From the human T2T-CHM13v2.0 reference genome, Homo sapiens: a stretch of 64,000 nucleotides of DNA. Below, piece after piece: positions 50,001 through 62,988 of this stretch (position 1 is the stretch's first letter; the number at the start of each line of letters is the position of its first letter). The position numbers were made by a program, and so were the translations under genes. A model generated the notes under the pieces. That model worked only from the letters and a program-made list of their open reading frames with translations. It was not told the DNA's origin and did not search any database. Location: the NCBI RefSeq assembly GCF_009914755.1, contig NC_060935.1, one strand, 5' to 3'.

Positions 50001-50036
50001 GTATTGTATTGTATTGTATTGTATTGTATTGTATTG
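50001..50036 (+). repeat. (GTATT)7 pentanucleotide repeat within an L2 tail
   Basis: Direct, seven perfect units. Confidence 0.95.
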
Positions 50037-50495
50037 ACCACGGTGTCTCCACTGCCTAAAACTAAACAGGAACTCAGAAAATGACTATTGAATAAATTAA
50101 ACAAACAAATGAGTCTTGGGAGAATTACACAAAGTTAAAGGGAGAGAAAAAGGCATCCAGTGATCTTTAAAGTTCTCTCCAGCTCTAAGAATCTACAATT
50201 CTAACAGAGCCAGTGGAAGTGAAAAAAGCTAATCAGAAGTCCACAGCAGGGAACAGGGAATACACTAGTTATTTCTCTGGAAAGGCCACAGCACATCAGA
50301 CTTCATGCACTAGTCCCAGATAAGAGGGAACCTGCACACTAGAAGTGTTAGTACAGCGTAGGGGATAAGCCCTAAAATCAGGTGGCCTGAGTTCAAGACT
50401 CAGTTCTGCCACTATGAGTTGTATGACCTAGGGCAAGTTAGCTAACCTTATGCCTCGGTTTTCTCATCTGTCATTTAAGAACAATAACAGTGTCT

Positions 50496-50789
<294 letters not shown>

Positions 50790-53249
50790 AATAACAGTGT
50801 CTACCTCAAAATGTTGTGGTATTGTATTAAATGGGTTAACATATATAAACTACTTAGAACAATTCCTAGCACACTGCATGTCCTAAAAACATTAGCTGTT
50901 ATTACTTGACTTCCCTCCATAACGTTACCAAAGAAAACTCAGTATAATAGGAATCTGCATTGGAATCTTCAACACCTCTTTCAAAACCAGAGAAAGAAGA
51001 ATGCAGAATGTCTATTTTGACTGGAACCCTAGCTCCACTGTACACTTGGCAATCCCTCTCCTGTTGGGAAGTCCCTGGGCAGCCTCATAACTCAGAAGCT
51101 ATGCCAATTTATAGAGATGTAGACTCCCTCCTTCAGTTTTCTGAAAGAGCAAAGCAAAATAGAACAAAACAAAGTGATCAACAGAGACTGCCTTCTCCAG
51201 AATTCCACACTACAGAGGAAGATGTTTCAGGACCAATTAAGTAATGGGCTTCATGTAGCTCACTACCAAAAGATGACACAGAATCAAGACAAAATGCTTT
51301 TAAAATATAATAATCTCAAGTTGCTGATCATTCAACTGTATCTTCTAAAATCCCTCTAGTTTTCAAGAATCACTTTTAGAAAGCCAATGCAGCTTTGGCT
51401 TTCTCTCATTCAAGTTTCTCAAAAGCTGTGGATCTTTCTATCAAAAATCCCTCTCCTCAAATGACAGGTGCATTTTACTCTTTACTGTGTCCTTTTGGTA
51501 GGAATTGTGTTTCAACTGGGCTGCATGGCAACCTTTCAGATACAAAATGAATGCATGCTTTTAACCACTGACCTCGGCACACCCAACTGTAGGATATCCA
51601 TCACATTTTCCTCACAATCATAGAGCATCTTTTGTGCTCTGCATCAGAGAGGCAGTCGGATACCACCCCCAAAGGATTTCCCGATATACTTTCTACACAT
51701 CAAAGTGAAGGTTTTTGAAACTGACTGTAATCCATGTCTTTGCAAACAAAAGTGCTGCACATTAGTGATCCTTTTGCAATGGCCATAGAAATCAAAAGGC
51801 CTTTTTTCCCCCCTCTCACTATAATACTGACATTTGGAAAGAAAAGAGTAGATGATAAAAAGAAACCTTTGGTAGAAATGACAAAAATGTGAAGTAAAAT
51901 AAGGCCATAAACCTCAGGGTCCACAAAGGCCAACATAAATTGGAAACAGGGAGACTAGAGATGAGCCTGAAAAAGTGTCCAAAAAAACGCCATATATGGA
52001 GCCCAGACTTAGACTGACTTAAGATGTCAGTTGGCCCAGGTCTGGGCAAAACACATATTTCTGTATGGGATTTACCCTTCAGCGTTGCTGCTGACGTAAT
52101 CTAGATATTGCTGTTTACAACTGCTTTTAGAACAGGCAGCAGGCTCCTCTGTTAACATTTTGTTATTACTTTATTGCCTCTAGAAGATAACTAATAATAA
52201 AAGCTTGAAAGGAGACGACTTCAGAGGGATCTCCACCTATATGTTACAGATGGGCCAGCTTCCCAAAGTTGGTCTGAGTATTATTTACTTGGCTCTAGAA
52301 ACAATTCCCGACAGAAACTGTAACCTAAAATTGAAAAGAAAATGGAACATTAAAGGAAAAGTACATAAAGAGGAAATAAATCTCCCATAATCTCACTGAC
52401 ATAACACAATCATATTCACACATTTACTTCCAAGCCCTTTAATATTTATATCTTTTTACAATAACATTCATGAGTATACAGTCTACTTAGTATTTTGCAA
52501 TTTGAATTAAGCATTCATTAACATAAGCCAATGTTTCTAAAGTCTTAATAATGATTACACAAATGCTTACTTAACACGATATACTTTCCTTGGAGGATGA
52601 TTCAATTATTTACAACATGCCTATGAGAAAACACTTTCTGAGTATCATCTTCAGGTTCCAGGAACAGCAAATCTCCCTCTTGTGTTCCGGGCACCCCATT
52701 CCATATTTCCTTGATTTTCAGACCCTTGGGAGCAGAGGCTCTGAGTGGTTTCCTTTGACTTTTATAGGGGTCCTACAGAACAGTGGAAATACAGAAATTC
52801 CGAGCAGGGATGAAGTCTCCAAGGACTCAGAGTGGAGGGTGGGAGTTCCAGTGGAGATGCTGACAGATGCTGGGGTCTCCTAACTCTGGTCTATTCCCTA
52901 AACATCTCCTTTTGTGTTTTCCGTGGGCTCAAGAATTGTCCTTGTCCACCTCTGGTTCCAAGGCACCACCTGTGTCTTCTGAATAGGACCTCCTTCTTCC
53001 CTGGGCTCTGCTTAAAGCTGGAGATAAACAGTTAATATCTCTGTGCTGTGCTCCTCCAGCACTTCATTCTGTAGTGGGCCTCTGGGCACCCAAAGGGCTG
53101 ATGTAAGATGTATACACACTCCAGATGGGCATGTCAACACCACAGATGAGGACACTGGGCGATGAGAGTCACCAGGGTGAAAGAAGGGGCCTTGGCAAAA
53201 GGCAGGGTGAAGGGAAGAGATGAGAGGAGGGAGCCTTAGCAGATGTCTC

Positions 53250-54010
53250 TTTGAATGACTCGCTCATTCACTAACTGCTTACGAGCACCAACTAAGTACC
53301 TGTGATACATCAATGAACAAACAGACAAAGTCCCTGCCTAAGTGGATCTTAAGTGAACAGACAATAAGCAATAGACATACTAAGTAAGCAGTTAGATAGC
53401 ATATGAGGAAGTGTCAAATACTATGGGGGAAAGCAGGATGTGTAGGGGGAGCAAGAAGGTTGAAAGGACTGTTCATGAATTCACATGTGTCGGTCAAAGC
53501 AGCTATCATTGAGAAAGTGAGAAACTTTGAAAAAGGGAGGGAGTTAACTATGTGGCTATGGAGGGGTGGTGTGCTCTAGGAAGGAGGATCAGTCAGTGCA
53601 AAGTCTGGGTAGGAGCACAACTGACTGAGGAGGCCAATGGGGTTGGGGCAGTGAGTGAGGCAGAGAAGAGTAGCAAGAGATGAAGTTAGAGAGCATCAAT
53701 ATGAAAGGCATCATGAAGACTTGGATGTGGCCAGGTTTTAAGCAAAGAGTGACATGTTGAAACTTAGTTTTAAAAAAAAATCACCCTGGCCATTGTGTTG
53801 AGAATAAATGAGAGGCGCTAAAGGGAAAGAGGAGACCAGCCAGGAGGCTGCTGCAGGCATTAAGCAGAGAGATGCTGGAGGCTTCAATCAGTGGTGACCC
53901 ATGGTGAACAGGGGCTGGATTCCAGATTTAGTCTGAAGACAGGGTAACAGGATTTTCTGGTGGATTCCATAAGGGGTCTGAAAGAAAGAGAGTGGTCAAG
54001 GATAGGACCA
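53250..54010 (-). mobile_element. L2 fragment
   Basis: CTCATTCACTAAC…ACAGACAAAGTCCCTGCC…TTTAAGCAAAGAGTGACATG…GAGACCAGCCAGGAGGCTGCTGCAG. Confidence 0.7.
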
Positions 54011-54218
54011 AGATCTAAGCATCTAGAGGAGAAGACTGAAGACTGAAGAGGACTGGAAATTGGGAGATTAATTCAGAGGTTCTTGCATAATCTAGATATG
54101 AGATGGCAAAGGAGTGAAAAAGGCTGATGGTAGTGGGGATATAGAGAAACAGATAAATTTTTAAAGGCTGGGGTAAAATTGACAGAGTGAAACAATGAAA
54201 GCTTCATATCAACATTTT

Positions 54219-54650
54219 GTGGTAGTATCTTCATTTTCCAATTTCCCTTTATTTAATAATGTAGAATTTTTAGCTGAATACATGGGTGCCCAGCCAAAGA
54301 TTACATTTTCCATGTTCTCTTGCAGCTAAATGTAGCATATGACCAACTTCTGGCCAACTGAATGTAAGTAGAAGTGATATTTATAACTTCCAAGTTGTGC
54401 CCTTAAAAGGGATTTCCCCTTCCCAATTGGCTTCTGCGTGGAATTCACAGCAGAGGTAAGACCTGTCATCCTGGACTTTGAAATGTAAAATGCATACTGG
54501 ATGGCAGAGAAACAAAGTCAAACCACACATCAACTCATGATTGCTTGCCCAGACTTGTTCCTAACAGAGAAATATACTTCTATCTTATTTAAGCCTCTGT
54601 ATCTGGGGTTCACATTGTTGTCATTGCCTAACCTGTAGCAACTAATAAAC
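54219..54650 (+). mobile_element. Old MLT1 (H/I/J-type) LTR
   Basis: ACATTTTCCATG…TTGCAGCTAAATG…TGACCAACTTCTGGCCAA…TATCTTATTTAAGCC. Confidence 0.65.
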
Positions 54651-57504
54651 ATTCTCTGAGCTGTTCTAAAAACAAAGCCCCAATACCAATACTTAGTAAT
54701 CCTGTGAAGCTAGGACAGTATTCAACAGAGAAAAGTTTGATTTCAACCTGCCTCTGCTAGTTTGTTCCAACATATCTGAACAGTATTTGAGCTTCAATGC
54801 AACTGAGTCTTTGTACAAGCTCAAATCTAGAGTAAATTGCCACTTATGGAGCTAATATTTACACAATAATCCACTGTTTCTCTCAACTAGGAGGCACAAT
54901 TTTACATCATACCTGAAGCAGAGATCTCGAGAAGATATATTATGTAATCTGCCTTCCAGCATCACCAATAAACTTCTAATTATCCATACAACACACTTAA
55001 CATCTCCTGATTGATGAGCCAAATCCATAGTAACAACCTCCCCTCATCCAAAGAAGACAAGATCAAGTTCTAAGCTAGCAGAGAACAAAATCATATACTT
55101 TATTCAAAGGCAAATCCTAGCTGTGTGGAAGTCTAATAAATCATCATTGAATACAGAAGGGATTCAGCTGAAATCTGTGCAGTCTCAGATGTACAGCCAA
55201 CACTGCAGCACTGTCCTTCAAGCCTTTGCAGGTTTACTGCTCTAAATGTATCAAGTCCACCTGGGAAGGCCATCACCCGTGGTGCCTTGCAGTCTCTGAG
55301 GCCCCACTACGTGAAATGTCCTGGTCCATAATCACAGTGACTTGACTAAGCACACTTTCCATTCATTCTTTCCCTGACTATCAAGCTCAAGAGATGAAAA
55401 AACTACAGAGAAGCAGGTGAAGGATCAGTGGAATTTCGTGGCAAAAAAAATCACTGCTGGCACACACGGATCAAAGGGGGAAGATTGGTGTGTTCTGGGA
55501 AATAATGCACTCCTTCAGTTAAATGCCCTGAAGTCTGGGAAGATGAGAGTCAAGCAGGTGCATTTCCTTCAAATGGGCCATATGTAGGCATTTATTTAGG
55601 CAGCAAGAGCATTGGGCTGTGAAGTAGTGACATTCAGATTAATGAAGTTGAGAGGAAAGGGGCCATGACATGATTGAAATCATTTAAAGAACAAATATTT
55701 ATTGAGCATTTCAAGTCAGACAGAGCTAATGCCATGTGACAAGACAGAGTGTCTGTCCTCATGGTCTAGTGTGGAAGGCAAACCAACCAGCCATTGTAAT
55801 AGTGTGCTCAGTGCCAGAAGGCAACAGTGTGATAAGACAAATAGGAGGGGACTCAGATCTAGTTTGGCAAGTGGGGAATAGGACGGCTCTTCCTAAAAGA
55901 CACTATAGGTAAATGGAGGTCAGAAATATGTTGATGGCCCATCAACATGTTGCTACAGTTATAGAATGGGGATGGCATCTTCCTATGAAGGTAACCCTGT
56001 GAAGTGGGGCTGATAGTTGCCTATTTAATGTGAGTAAAAGAGGGGTCATATAACCAAAGATTTACTCTGTTGCCAAATCCGTATGGACAATAGAAGAGGT
56101 CATTACATAAATTTTAGAAGAAAAGCAGAATATTAGTTTTAAAAAGAAAAATAGAAGCTCATGCGTAGTTAATTTGCATCATTTAGAAAATCTAGACTCC
56201 TGGAGGGAGCTTGGAATCATCTAGTATCAATTCTGTCACCATCAGGAATATGCCTAAATCAGTCTATGCAGTTGTGAATTGCCATCATTATTCAGTAGAC
56301 TCAAATACAGCAGGCAGGCTGCCTCTGTCCACTTCTATGACCAATGATAATCTCTGTGGAGTTGCTTGGCTTCTTCCTTGGCTTCTCTTTTCTTTGGAAA
56401 ATGAAAATGTTGGATGAGAACAATTATTTTCAAAAACTTTTTGTTACTACAATCCACAGTAAAAATAGTCATTTTACATGCTGACCTGATAAAATATCCA
56501 TCTTTATTAACTTCAATGCATTTGCTATTTTTCTATTTCATTCTAATACATTTCTTTAAAAAAATTGCTGGTAGATCCACTAAGCTAATTTCATGTCTCA
56601 TAGTTTGTAACTCATAGTCTGAACAATTCCAGACTAGATCATCTCTGAGGGGCCTTCCTACCCCAATTATGGAAATCATCCTCATTATCACCTAATATTT
56701 ACCACATGGGGGCTGTCTCCTATGATCCTCAAAGCAGTAGTGTAACACGGGCAGAGGAGCTTATGAGATTCATCACAGATCACATGGCCAGAGCATGATG
56801 GAGCTGGTACCAGAACCCAGTGAATGCACAATAGCAGCAATGCTTGCCCTGGTCGGCACCTCTTCTCTCAGATAATTCCACCTCCTGACCACCCTCTGTC
56901 ATACAGCTGCGACTTAAATGCCACTCCTAATCTGTCGAAATGAGCTGCAAATCTAGTGAACACATTCCAAGAATTTAATGTTAAGCTAGATCTTTCAGGC
57001 ACTACCCCATGCCAAACACAGGTGGACGAATCTCATTACCTGGCCTGGAAGGGCTCTCCTTCTAACAGAAAAAAATCCACCCACAGACATGAACACTAAG
57101 CACAGCATTGAAGACTCTTTCAAAACTGCACTTCCATTTTGCTTCCTCAGTAATAACCTCATTGTTCTATTTAACCTCAGCACTATCTTCCCACCTGGCT
57201 GATGCAAAGTACCAAGGCTCAAGCCTTCCATGGAGACTCTCTGAGCACTGGAGGACAACAGAACAGCCAGAGGGTGGCACTCCAGTGGGAAGAGAAGGGC
57301 ACTCACAGTAACTCCCAGGAAGCACTCCCTCTGTTGCTCCCCTTCTGTCCCCAAGGGTGAGTGAATAGGGGATGCCAACAGGCTGTCAGCCTCCTTCTAG
57401 ATACCCTTCTTATCCCAGACAAGCATCAGCTGACTTCAGGAATATATAAAAGATGTTGTTTAACATCATGGAAAGGTCAGGTCCTTAGATTTATGGATAA
57501 CACC

Positions 57505-57871
57505 TGTATTAGTCTGGTTCTTACACGGCTGTGAAGAAATACCCAAGACTGGGTAATTGATAAGGAAAAGAGGTTTGATTGACTCACAGTTCCACATGGC
57601 TGGAAAGGTCTCAAGAAACTTACAATCATGGCGAAGGCACCTCCTCAGAGGGTGGCAGGAGAGAGAATGAGCGCTAGCAGGGGAAATGTGTCAGGCACTT
57701 ATAAAACCATCAGGTCTCGTGAGAACTCATTCATTATCACGAGAACAGCATGCAGGGGAACCACCCCCGTGATTCAATTACCTCCCACAGGGTTCCTTCC
57801 ACAACACGTGGGGATTATGGGGATTATAATTCAAGATGAGATTTGTATGGGGACACAGCCAAACCATATCA
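57505..57871 (-). mobile_element. THE1-family MaLR solo LTR, same orientation as ME3
   Basis: TGTATTAGTC…GACTGGGTAATT…GGGACACAGCCAAACCATATCA; TSD ACACC/ACAAC. Confidence 0.9.
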
Positions 57872-59910
57872 ACAACTTATTTATAGTACTTGGGAGAAAA
57901 AAATTTACATCAGAGGCAAACGACAGGGGCAAGAATGATTTCAGGGGACCAAAACCTAGGTTTTAAAAAAAGACTTAAAGATCTTCCTTCATTTTCTTAA
58001 CTACTTAACAAAGCAATAAATGCTGGTTGGTAACATGCCAGTAATTCTAAGGCAATTATTTTCACAATGATTGGAGCCTGTAGTGGGAATTTATTGTTTT
58101 GCTTTCTACATCCATTCCTCCTCCTTCTGATGACACTATCCATATTTACTGTGAGGATCTATATTCCCTTTATTCCAAGCCAGATGGTGTGGGTGGCCCT
58201 ACCTTAAACCCCATTTTAACTCCAGGGGTGGGCTCTGACCGGCTTTAATTACTGGTGATTGGTTTTGGTTTGGGAATGGGAAGAGAGAATCTAATCAGAG
58301 TCAATAAGGCAGAAGGATTCGCTTTCTGAGGCGTCAGAGAAAGGGTATTTTCTCTTCCCCAAGAGCTACCAGAATAAAAGTATCTTTCTATTCCTGGATG
58401 ATGTGGTGTGAGAACAGGAGATGGAGGACTGTGGCAATAACGAAGTGAGAGACTTCACTGAATAGAGCTTGAGGATGAAACTGACCTTGCAGAGAGGCAG
58501 AGTAGAGAGCCAGAGAGAATCTGCATCTTGAGCAATGCCATCTGGGCTTGTGGTTCAAGCCGTGCCTGCAACCCTTCCTCTAGATTCTTTAGATAAAGGA
58601 GCCTTTGTGTGCTTAAGCCAGTTTGTATTTTCTAACGCTTACTAGCAAAGTAATTCAAGGTGATAACAAACACCTTGAACACTTTGGAAAGTGGTAGCGT
58701 CCAAACAATTTAAGGTTTCTTTTGGAAAGAGCAGGACTCCAATGTGATAGAGGTTGATTTTGATTTTTTTTTCCTTAGCTGCTTCTATTAGTTCTGTAGG
58801 AAACAGTCACAATACTTCACATTATATAGTTGTTCCTACTTCTCAAAAACATCTTTTCCATACAGACTGCCTCACCTGAATTTCACAATCCAGAGTCAGA
58901 GCAATTATGAAAAAAAAATTTATTTTGCAGTAATTGTTATTCAGCACTTTATACAGTTTAAAATATGATTTCAAGTTCAGTGATTCATTTTATTGTCACA
59001 ATAACCAAATGAGATAGAAATGGTGGGTCTATCATAATATCTATTTTAGGCTGGAGAAAGTTGGGCCTCAGATAAGTTAAATGAGATATGTGAGTTAATT
59101 TGAGGAGGTAGGGGGAGACAGGACTAAATCTGTCCTTGCTTCTATTTCTCTCACCCAATCCTCTGAACCAAAGATACTAAACTCTATTCCCAAAAACAAA
59201 TACAAAAGAGCTAGCGGTGGGTTGAACTCGACCAAAGCATTGGAGATCTGGATTCCAGTGGCAGAGCCAGAACTAACTAGCTGGTGACCTTGGGCAAGTT
59301 TCCTTTGTCTTGTTTTTTGTAAAAGAAGAGGTTTAAACTAGGATCTCTAATGCTCCTGCAAGCTCGAAAATTTCTATAAGTCTAGACTTTTCCATCCTTG
59401 CTCTCAAATTAATCTTTTTCTCAGAATAATAATCATAACCTTATTTATTCTCCCACTGGGTACCAGGCACTGTTCTAACGTACCCCCATTTTCTACCCGC
59501 ATTTTCTCTTTAGATCTCACGACATTCCTAAGACAATTATATCTCTTTTACAGATAAGGAAACCTAGGCTCATGTAGGTTAAATGAACTGCCCAAGACCA
59601 ATAAAATTAGTAAGCATCAAGGGGAGAGCTGACCGCAGGTCAGACTGACCGCGAGGATCTAAACCTGGTCTGTGTTGTTACTGCAGAAGAAATTAGGCTC
59701 CCTGCATTACTGGTCGCCTCTCTCCACGCATAAAAGGGAGAGGAGGGACAAGAAAGCCAAACCAAGTCACAACAAGCCCCTGCAAGGCAAAAACAGAAAA
59801 ACCGCTGGAAGGGCGCCCGGGAGGATCCTTTCTGGGTCCAGGGGGCGGGGCGCAATTTTCCGGCAGCCACGGGATCGCAACGCGGGCCGTCCTGCCCTCT
59901 GGCCCATTAC

Positions 59911-60093
59911 CTTGTTGAGATGAGGGTTCCTGGTGACATCGTATCCGCGCTTCTTCAGGGGCACAGGGCGCGCCGGGCCAGGCTTGGAGTGGCAGCCTTG
60001 GGCGGGCGCGGTGGGTGTCCAGCGCGGGAGGGCGCCGCAGGCCCGGCCCGGCCAGGGAGCCAGCCGCGTGCCTGTCCCCAGCGCGGCACCCAT
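59911..60093 (-). CDS. ME3: First coding exon of mitochondrial NADP-dependent malic enzyme 3 (61 codons, phase-0 donor; the rest of the gene lies left of the window)
   Basis: Translates MGAALGTGTRLAPWPGRACGALPRWTPTAPAQGCHSKPGPARPVPLKKRGYDVTRNPHLNK. It is Arg-rich with no acidic residue before D52 (presequence-like) and ends in the malic-enzyme N-terminal motif RGYDVTRNPHLNK. ATG is in strong Kozak context (ACCATGG); donor AAG|GTAATG has GT at 59910-59909; 183 nt = 61 codons. Confidence 0.96.
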
Positions 60094-60134
60094 GGTCCTT
60101 GGCAGACCTGGCACGGGAGAGAAAGCAAGGTCAG
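60094..60134 (-). other. ME3: 14-nt 5'UTR part of the exon (60094-60107) plus its 3' splice site, pyrimidine tract and branch point
   Basis: Minus strand reads ccCTGACcttgctttctctcccgtgcCAG|gtctgccaaggaccATG. AG is at 60109-60108 and the branch A is ~24 nt upstream, implying an upstream non-coding exon. Confidence 0.85.
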
Positions 60135-60415
60135 GGCCTCCTTCCAGCCAGCCAGGACCCACGCGCGCTGCGGGGCACCGGGCCTGATCCGGGGACGCGC
60201 CCTCTGGGAGAGGGCAGGTGCTCCCAAAGGGTTAAATGTTCCAGCCCCCGCCACTCCTCGGCTGCCACCTGCTCGGCTCCGCGCGGGGCGCCAGGCCTAG
60301 CCAAGAGCCAGGCAAAGCGAAACCAAGCCCTGGAAGCAGATCCGGTGCGGGTGACAGCCGGCGCCACCCCTGCCCCCATCCCTGTGAAAAAGAGGCGACT
60401 GCGCGGCGAGGGGTC

Positions 60416-60480
60416 CCCGTACCCCTAATCCCGCGTGGTGGCTTGCCTCGGTCCTCTCCTTCCCTGGCCCACCTGCGCTG
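60416..60480 (-). other. ME3: Candidate donors for non-coding ME3 first exon(s)
   Basis: Minus-strand CAG|GTGGGC (GT at 60472-60471) and GGG|GTACGG (GT at 60422-60421) lie upstream of the exon acceptor. Which is used cannot be determined from sequence. Confidence 0.45.
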
Positions 60481-60884
60481 CTCGGGGAGCTGAGGTCTAC
60501 GCGGTCCCGCTGCGGAGCAGGCGGGGTGAGGAGCTGCGGTCTGTGAGTCCTCTCCCGCCAATGGGTGGACCGCGCTGGCGGCCGCGAGCTCGCGGAGCTG
60601 GTGAGTTCCTCAAAGAGCGGTCCCACAACCTTTGTTCTCAGTGCCTGGCTTCCCCTGAGGACGCGCGTGGGGCGCCTCAGCACTGCGTGCACGTGGTTTT
60701 CCCCAGTGACAAGAAGCAGCTCAGAATGCCCGCCTGAGACTCCATCTTGGCAAGACTAAATGCACAGAGGGGGATTTGCGTTTGGGGGTCAGCATATCCT
60801 CGCACTCTCCCAACATTCGGGGAAGGGCGTGCCTTCAGGATTTGGAGTAGAAATCCTCAGGCATTCGGTGCTCAGTGTTGCCTT

Positions 60885-61070
60885 GTGCTGTCCAATATAA
60901 TAGCCATTCGCCACGTGTGGCTATATAAACGTAAATAAATTAGTCTATATAGAATAAAATTTAACATCCAGTTCTGCAGTAACGCTAGCCACATTTCCAG
61001 TTCAAGAGCCACTTGTATGCAGATACAGAACATTTCTGTTTTTGCGGATACTTCTATTAAGCATCATTGA
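60885..61070. mobile_element. MER3-like hAT DNA transposon just upstream of the CpG island
   Basis: GCTGTCCAATATAATAGCCA…CCACGTGTGGCTA…CTAGCCACATTTC…ACAGAACATTTC. Confidence 0.7.
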
Positions 61071-61179
61071 CATAGGAGCCACAGTTACTAAGAGGACTTC
61101 TGAGGACCCCATGGAGTTTGCCATGGGTTATTGGGGCCAGACAGGGATCTTGGGGTCCATCTAGCCCGAAACTTAATTT

Positions 61180-61740
61180 TATACTTTCTCCACACAGTAG
61201 TCAGGAGATTCCTTTTAAAGCAAACACTTTGTTGTGTGTGGAATAAAATCCAAACTTTCAGGGCCTACAAGATTTCCCATAAACTGGCTCTTGCCAGCCT
61301 CTTCAGACTTATCCTACTCTACTCTTTCCTTCTCACTGATCTCTGGCCATACTTGATCCTTCCTGTGTCTTCACCCCACTTGGTTCCCTCCCACTGCAGG
61401 GCCTTTGCACTTGCTATTGCCTCTCCTTGGAAGGCTCATACTCCAGCCTTGCAAACCACTACTTCATTCCCACCTCTCAGTTCTCCACTAAGTTGTCAAC
61501 TCGAAGGCCTTTCCTCTATCCCATTCAATGTCAGCCTGCACTAGGAACTATAGAGTGAAGGGGTTTTTCTCTTTAGAGAACTTAACACAGTCAGTAGCGC
61601 GCTTGTTTTTCTGATTGTTTACTATCTCCTGTCTAGAATGTAAGCTTCATGAAGAGAGGCTCTTTGCCTGTGAACCTGTGTGTCCTCACTGCCTAGCTCA
61701 CTGCCTGGTATGTAGTTGCACAATAAATAGTTGTTAGGTG
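61180..61740 (+). mobile_element. L2 3' fragment
   Basis: GGGCCTTTGCACTTGCTATTGCCTCT…CTAGAATGTAAGCTTCATGA…CTGCCTGGTATGTAG…CAATAAATAG. Confidence 0.75.
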
Positions 61741-62860
61741 AAGGGAAGTGGCAGCCACTTTCATAAGGATCGTGAACCCTTAGACTTACTGACAGACAGT
61801 TGGCACGGTCCTCTGCTGACACCCCTTCAAAGCTCCCGGTGCCAGCATTAGCCCCGTTGTAAGTACCAAGCAGACATCATGGCCCATAATGTGCTAAGGG
61901 GTGCTCCTGCCTGAGTTCAGGATTCCCTCATCCCTTCAGGAATAATCGTCTCCTCCTGCAGTCTCTCTCCTCCCTGTGTAATATCTAATTTTCAACTTGA
62001 ATGATCTACGTAAAATAGTTATTTCCAAAACAGAATTACAATTACCTGGTAGGAAATAAGGATGGGGCAAAAATACAGCTTTCCAGGCCCCATCCATGAA
62101 GATTCTCATCCAGTAGGGTTTACATCCCTGAAGTCAGGTTTACTCTTGGACTGCATATTTACATAAGCTTATAAATGATCTTTTTTTCTGCCTTAAACCA
62201 GTTTGTGTCAGATGTGTGATTGTGTGCAACCAATAGTATTAACTAAATCCTTTCAACACTATTTTTATATTGGCACTTCTTCCCACCAGTCAACATCTTT
62301 GGGGGGCAGAGATCATGTGTGTTTCCATCTTTGGTATCTAGTGCATGCAAATATTTGGAAATTGATTGTTGAACCAGTTTGCCCTTGCTGAATACAATGA
62401 CCTTTCCCTCCCCTGGAGGATATCTAATAGGTAACTTTAGTCATTTGAAACCAGGATGTAAACAACAAAGGTTTCCAAACAAGCGAACATAATTTTTATA
62501 GCATCAATTCACTAAAGCTTGTACAGTTTACATATAAAAGTCTCTTACATGTCCTCACCTGTGGCCTATATTCTCTTAACCCAGGCATAATTCTACAATG
62601 TTGTTTTGTGTGTGTGTTTGTTCTTTGGTGACAGGAAAGAAAAGGTTAAAGGCAGGTCCACCAGGAGCAGTGACAGAAGGCAGTAGCAAGAGGAGGTGGT
62701 GGCTTCTCAGTTCCATACAGTTGTCCAGGGACCCAGGTTTTCTCTTTTGCTGCCAGGCTCTTCTGTAGCTGTTGCCCGCCTCTACACAGCGCTAACACCA
62801 TGTTAGCATCCCAGCCGTGGAAAGCGGGAACAAGGAAACAGAGGGAAAGCAAATCGATTT

Positions 62861-62988
62861 GTTTTTTTAATTGGGACAGGGTCTCACTGTGTTGTTTAGG
62901 CTGTTCTTGAACTCCTGGGCTCAAGCAATCCTCCTGCCTCGGCCTCCCAAAGTGCTGGGATTACAGGCGTGAACCTCTATGCCCAGCC
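62861..62988 (-). mobile_element. FLAM (Alu left monomer) within an old MLT1 LTR (~62630-63200)
   Basis: Single reverse monomer; AAAGCAAATC repeated on both flanks. Confidence 0.85.

Larger units (their letters stand above)
59790..60700. promoter_or_regulatory. ME3: CpG island / ME3 promoter and first-exon region
   Basis: Abrupt GC- and CpG-rich segment in an otherwise CpG-depleted window. GC box GGGGCGGGGC 59842-59851, CCAAT 60558-60562 within E2F-like TCCCGCCAA, E-box CACGTG 60690-60695. Confidence 0.9.

Noticed and set aside
59767-60162. 131-aa ORF suggesting an N-extended or read-through ME3
   Set aside because: It starts at a GTG upstream of the splice acceptor and runs past the donor into intron; only 59911-60093 is supported as coding.
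59640-60760. Many overlapping Pro/Arg/Gly-rich ORFs on both strands
   Set aside because: Stop-codon scarcity in a GC-rich CpG island; no recognisable homology.
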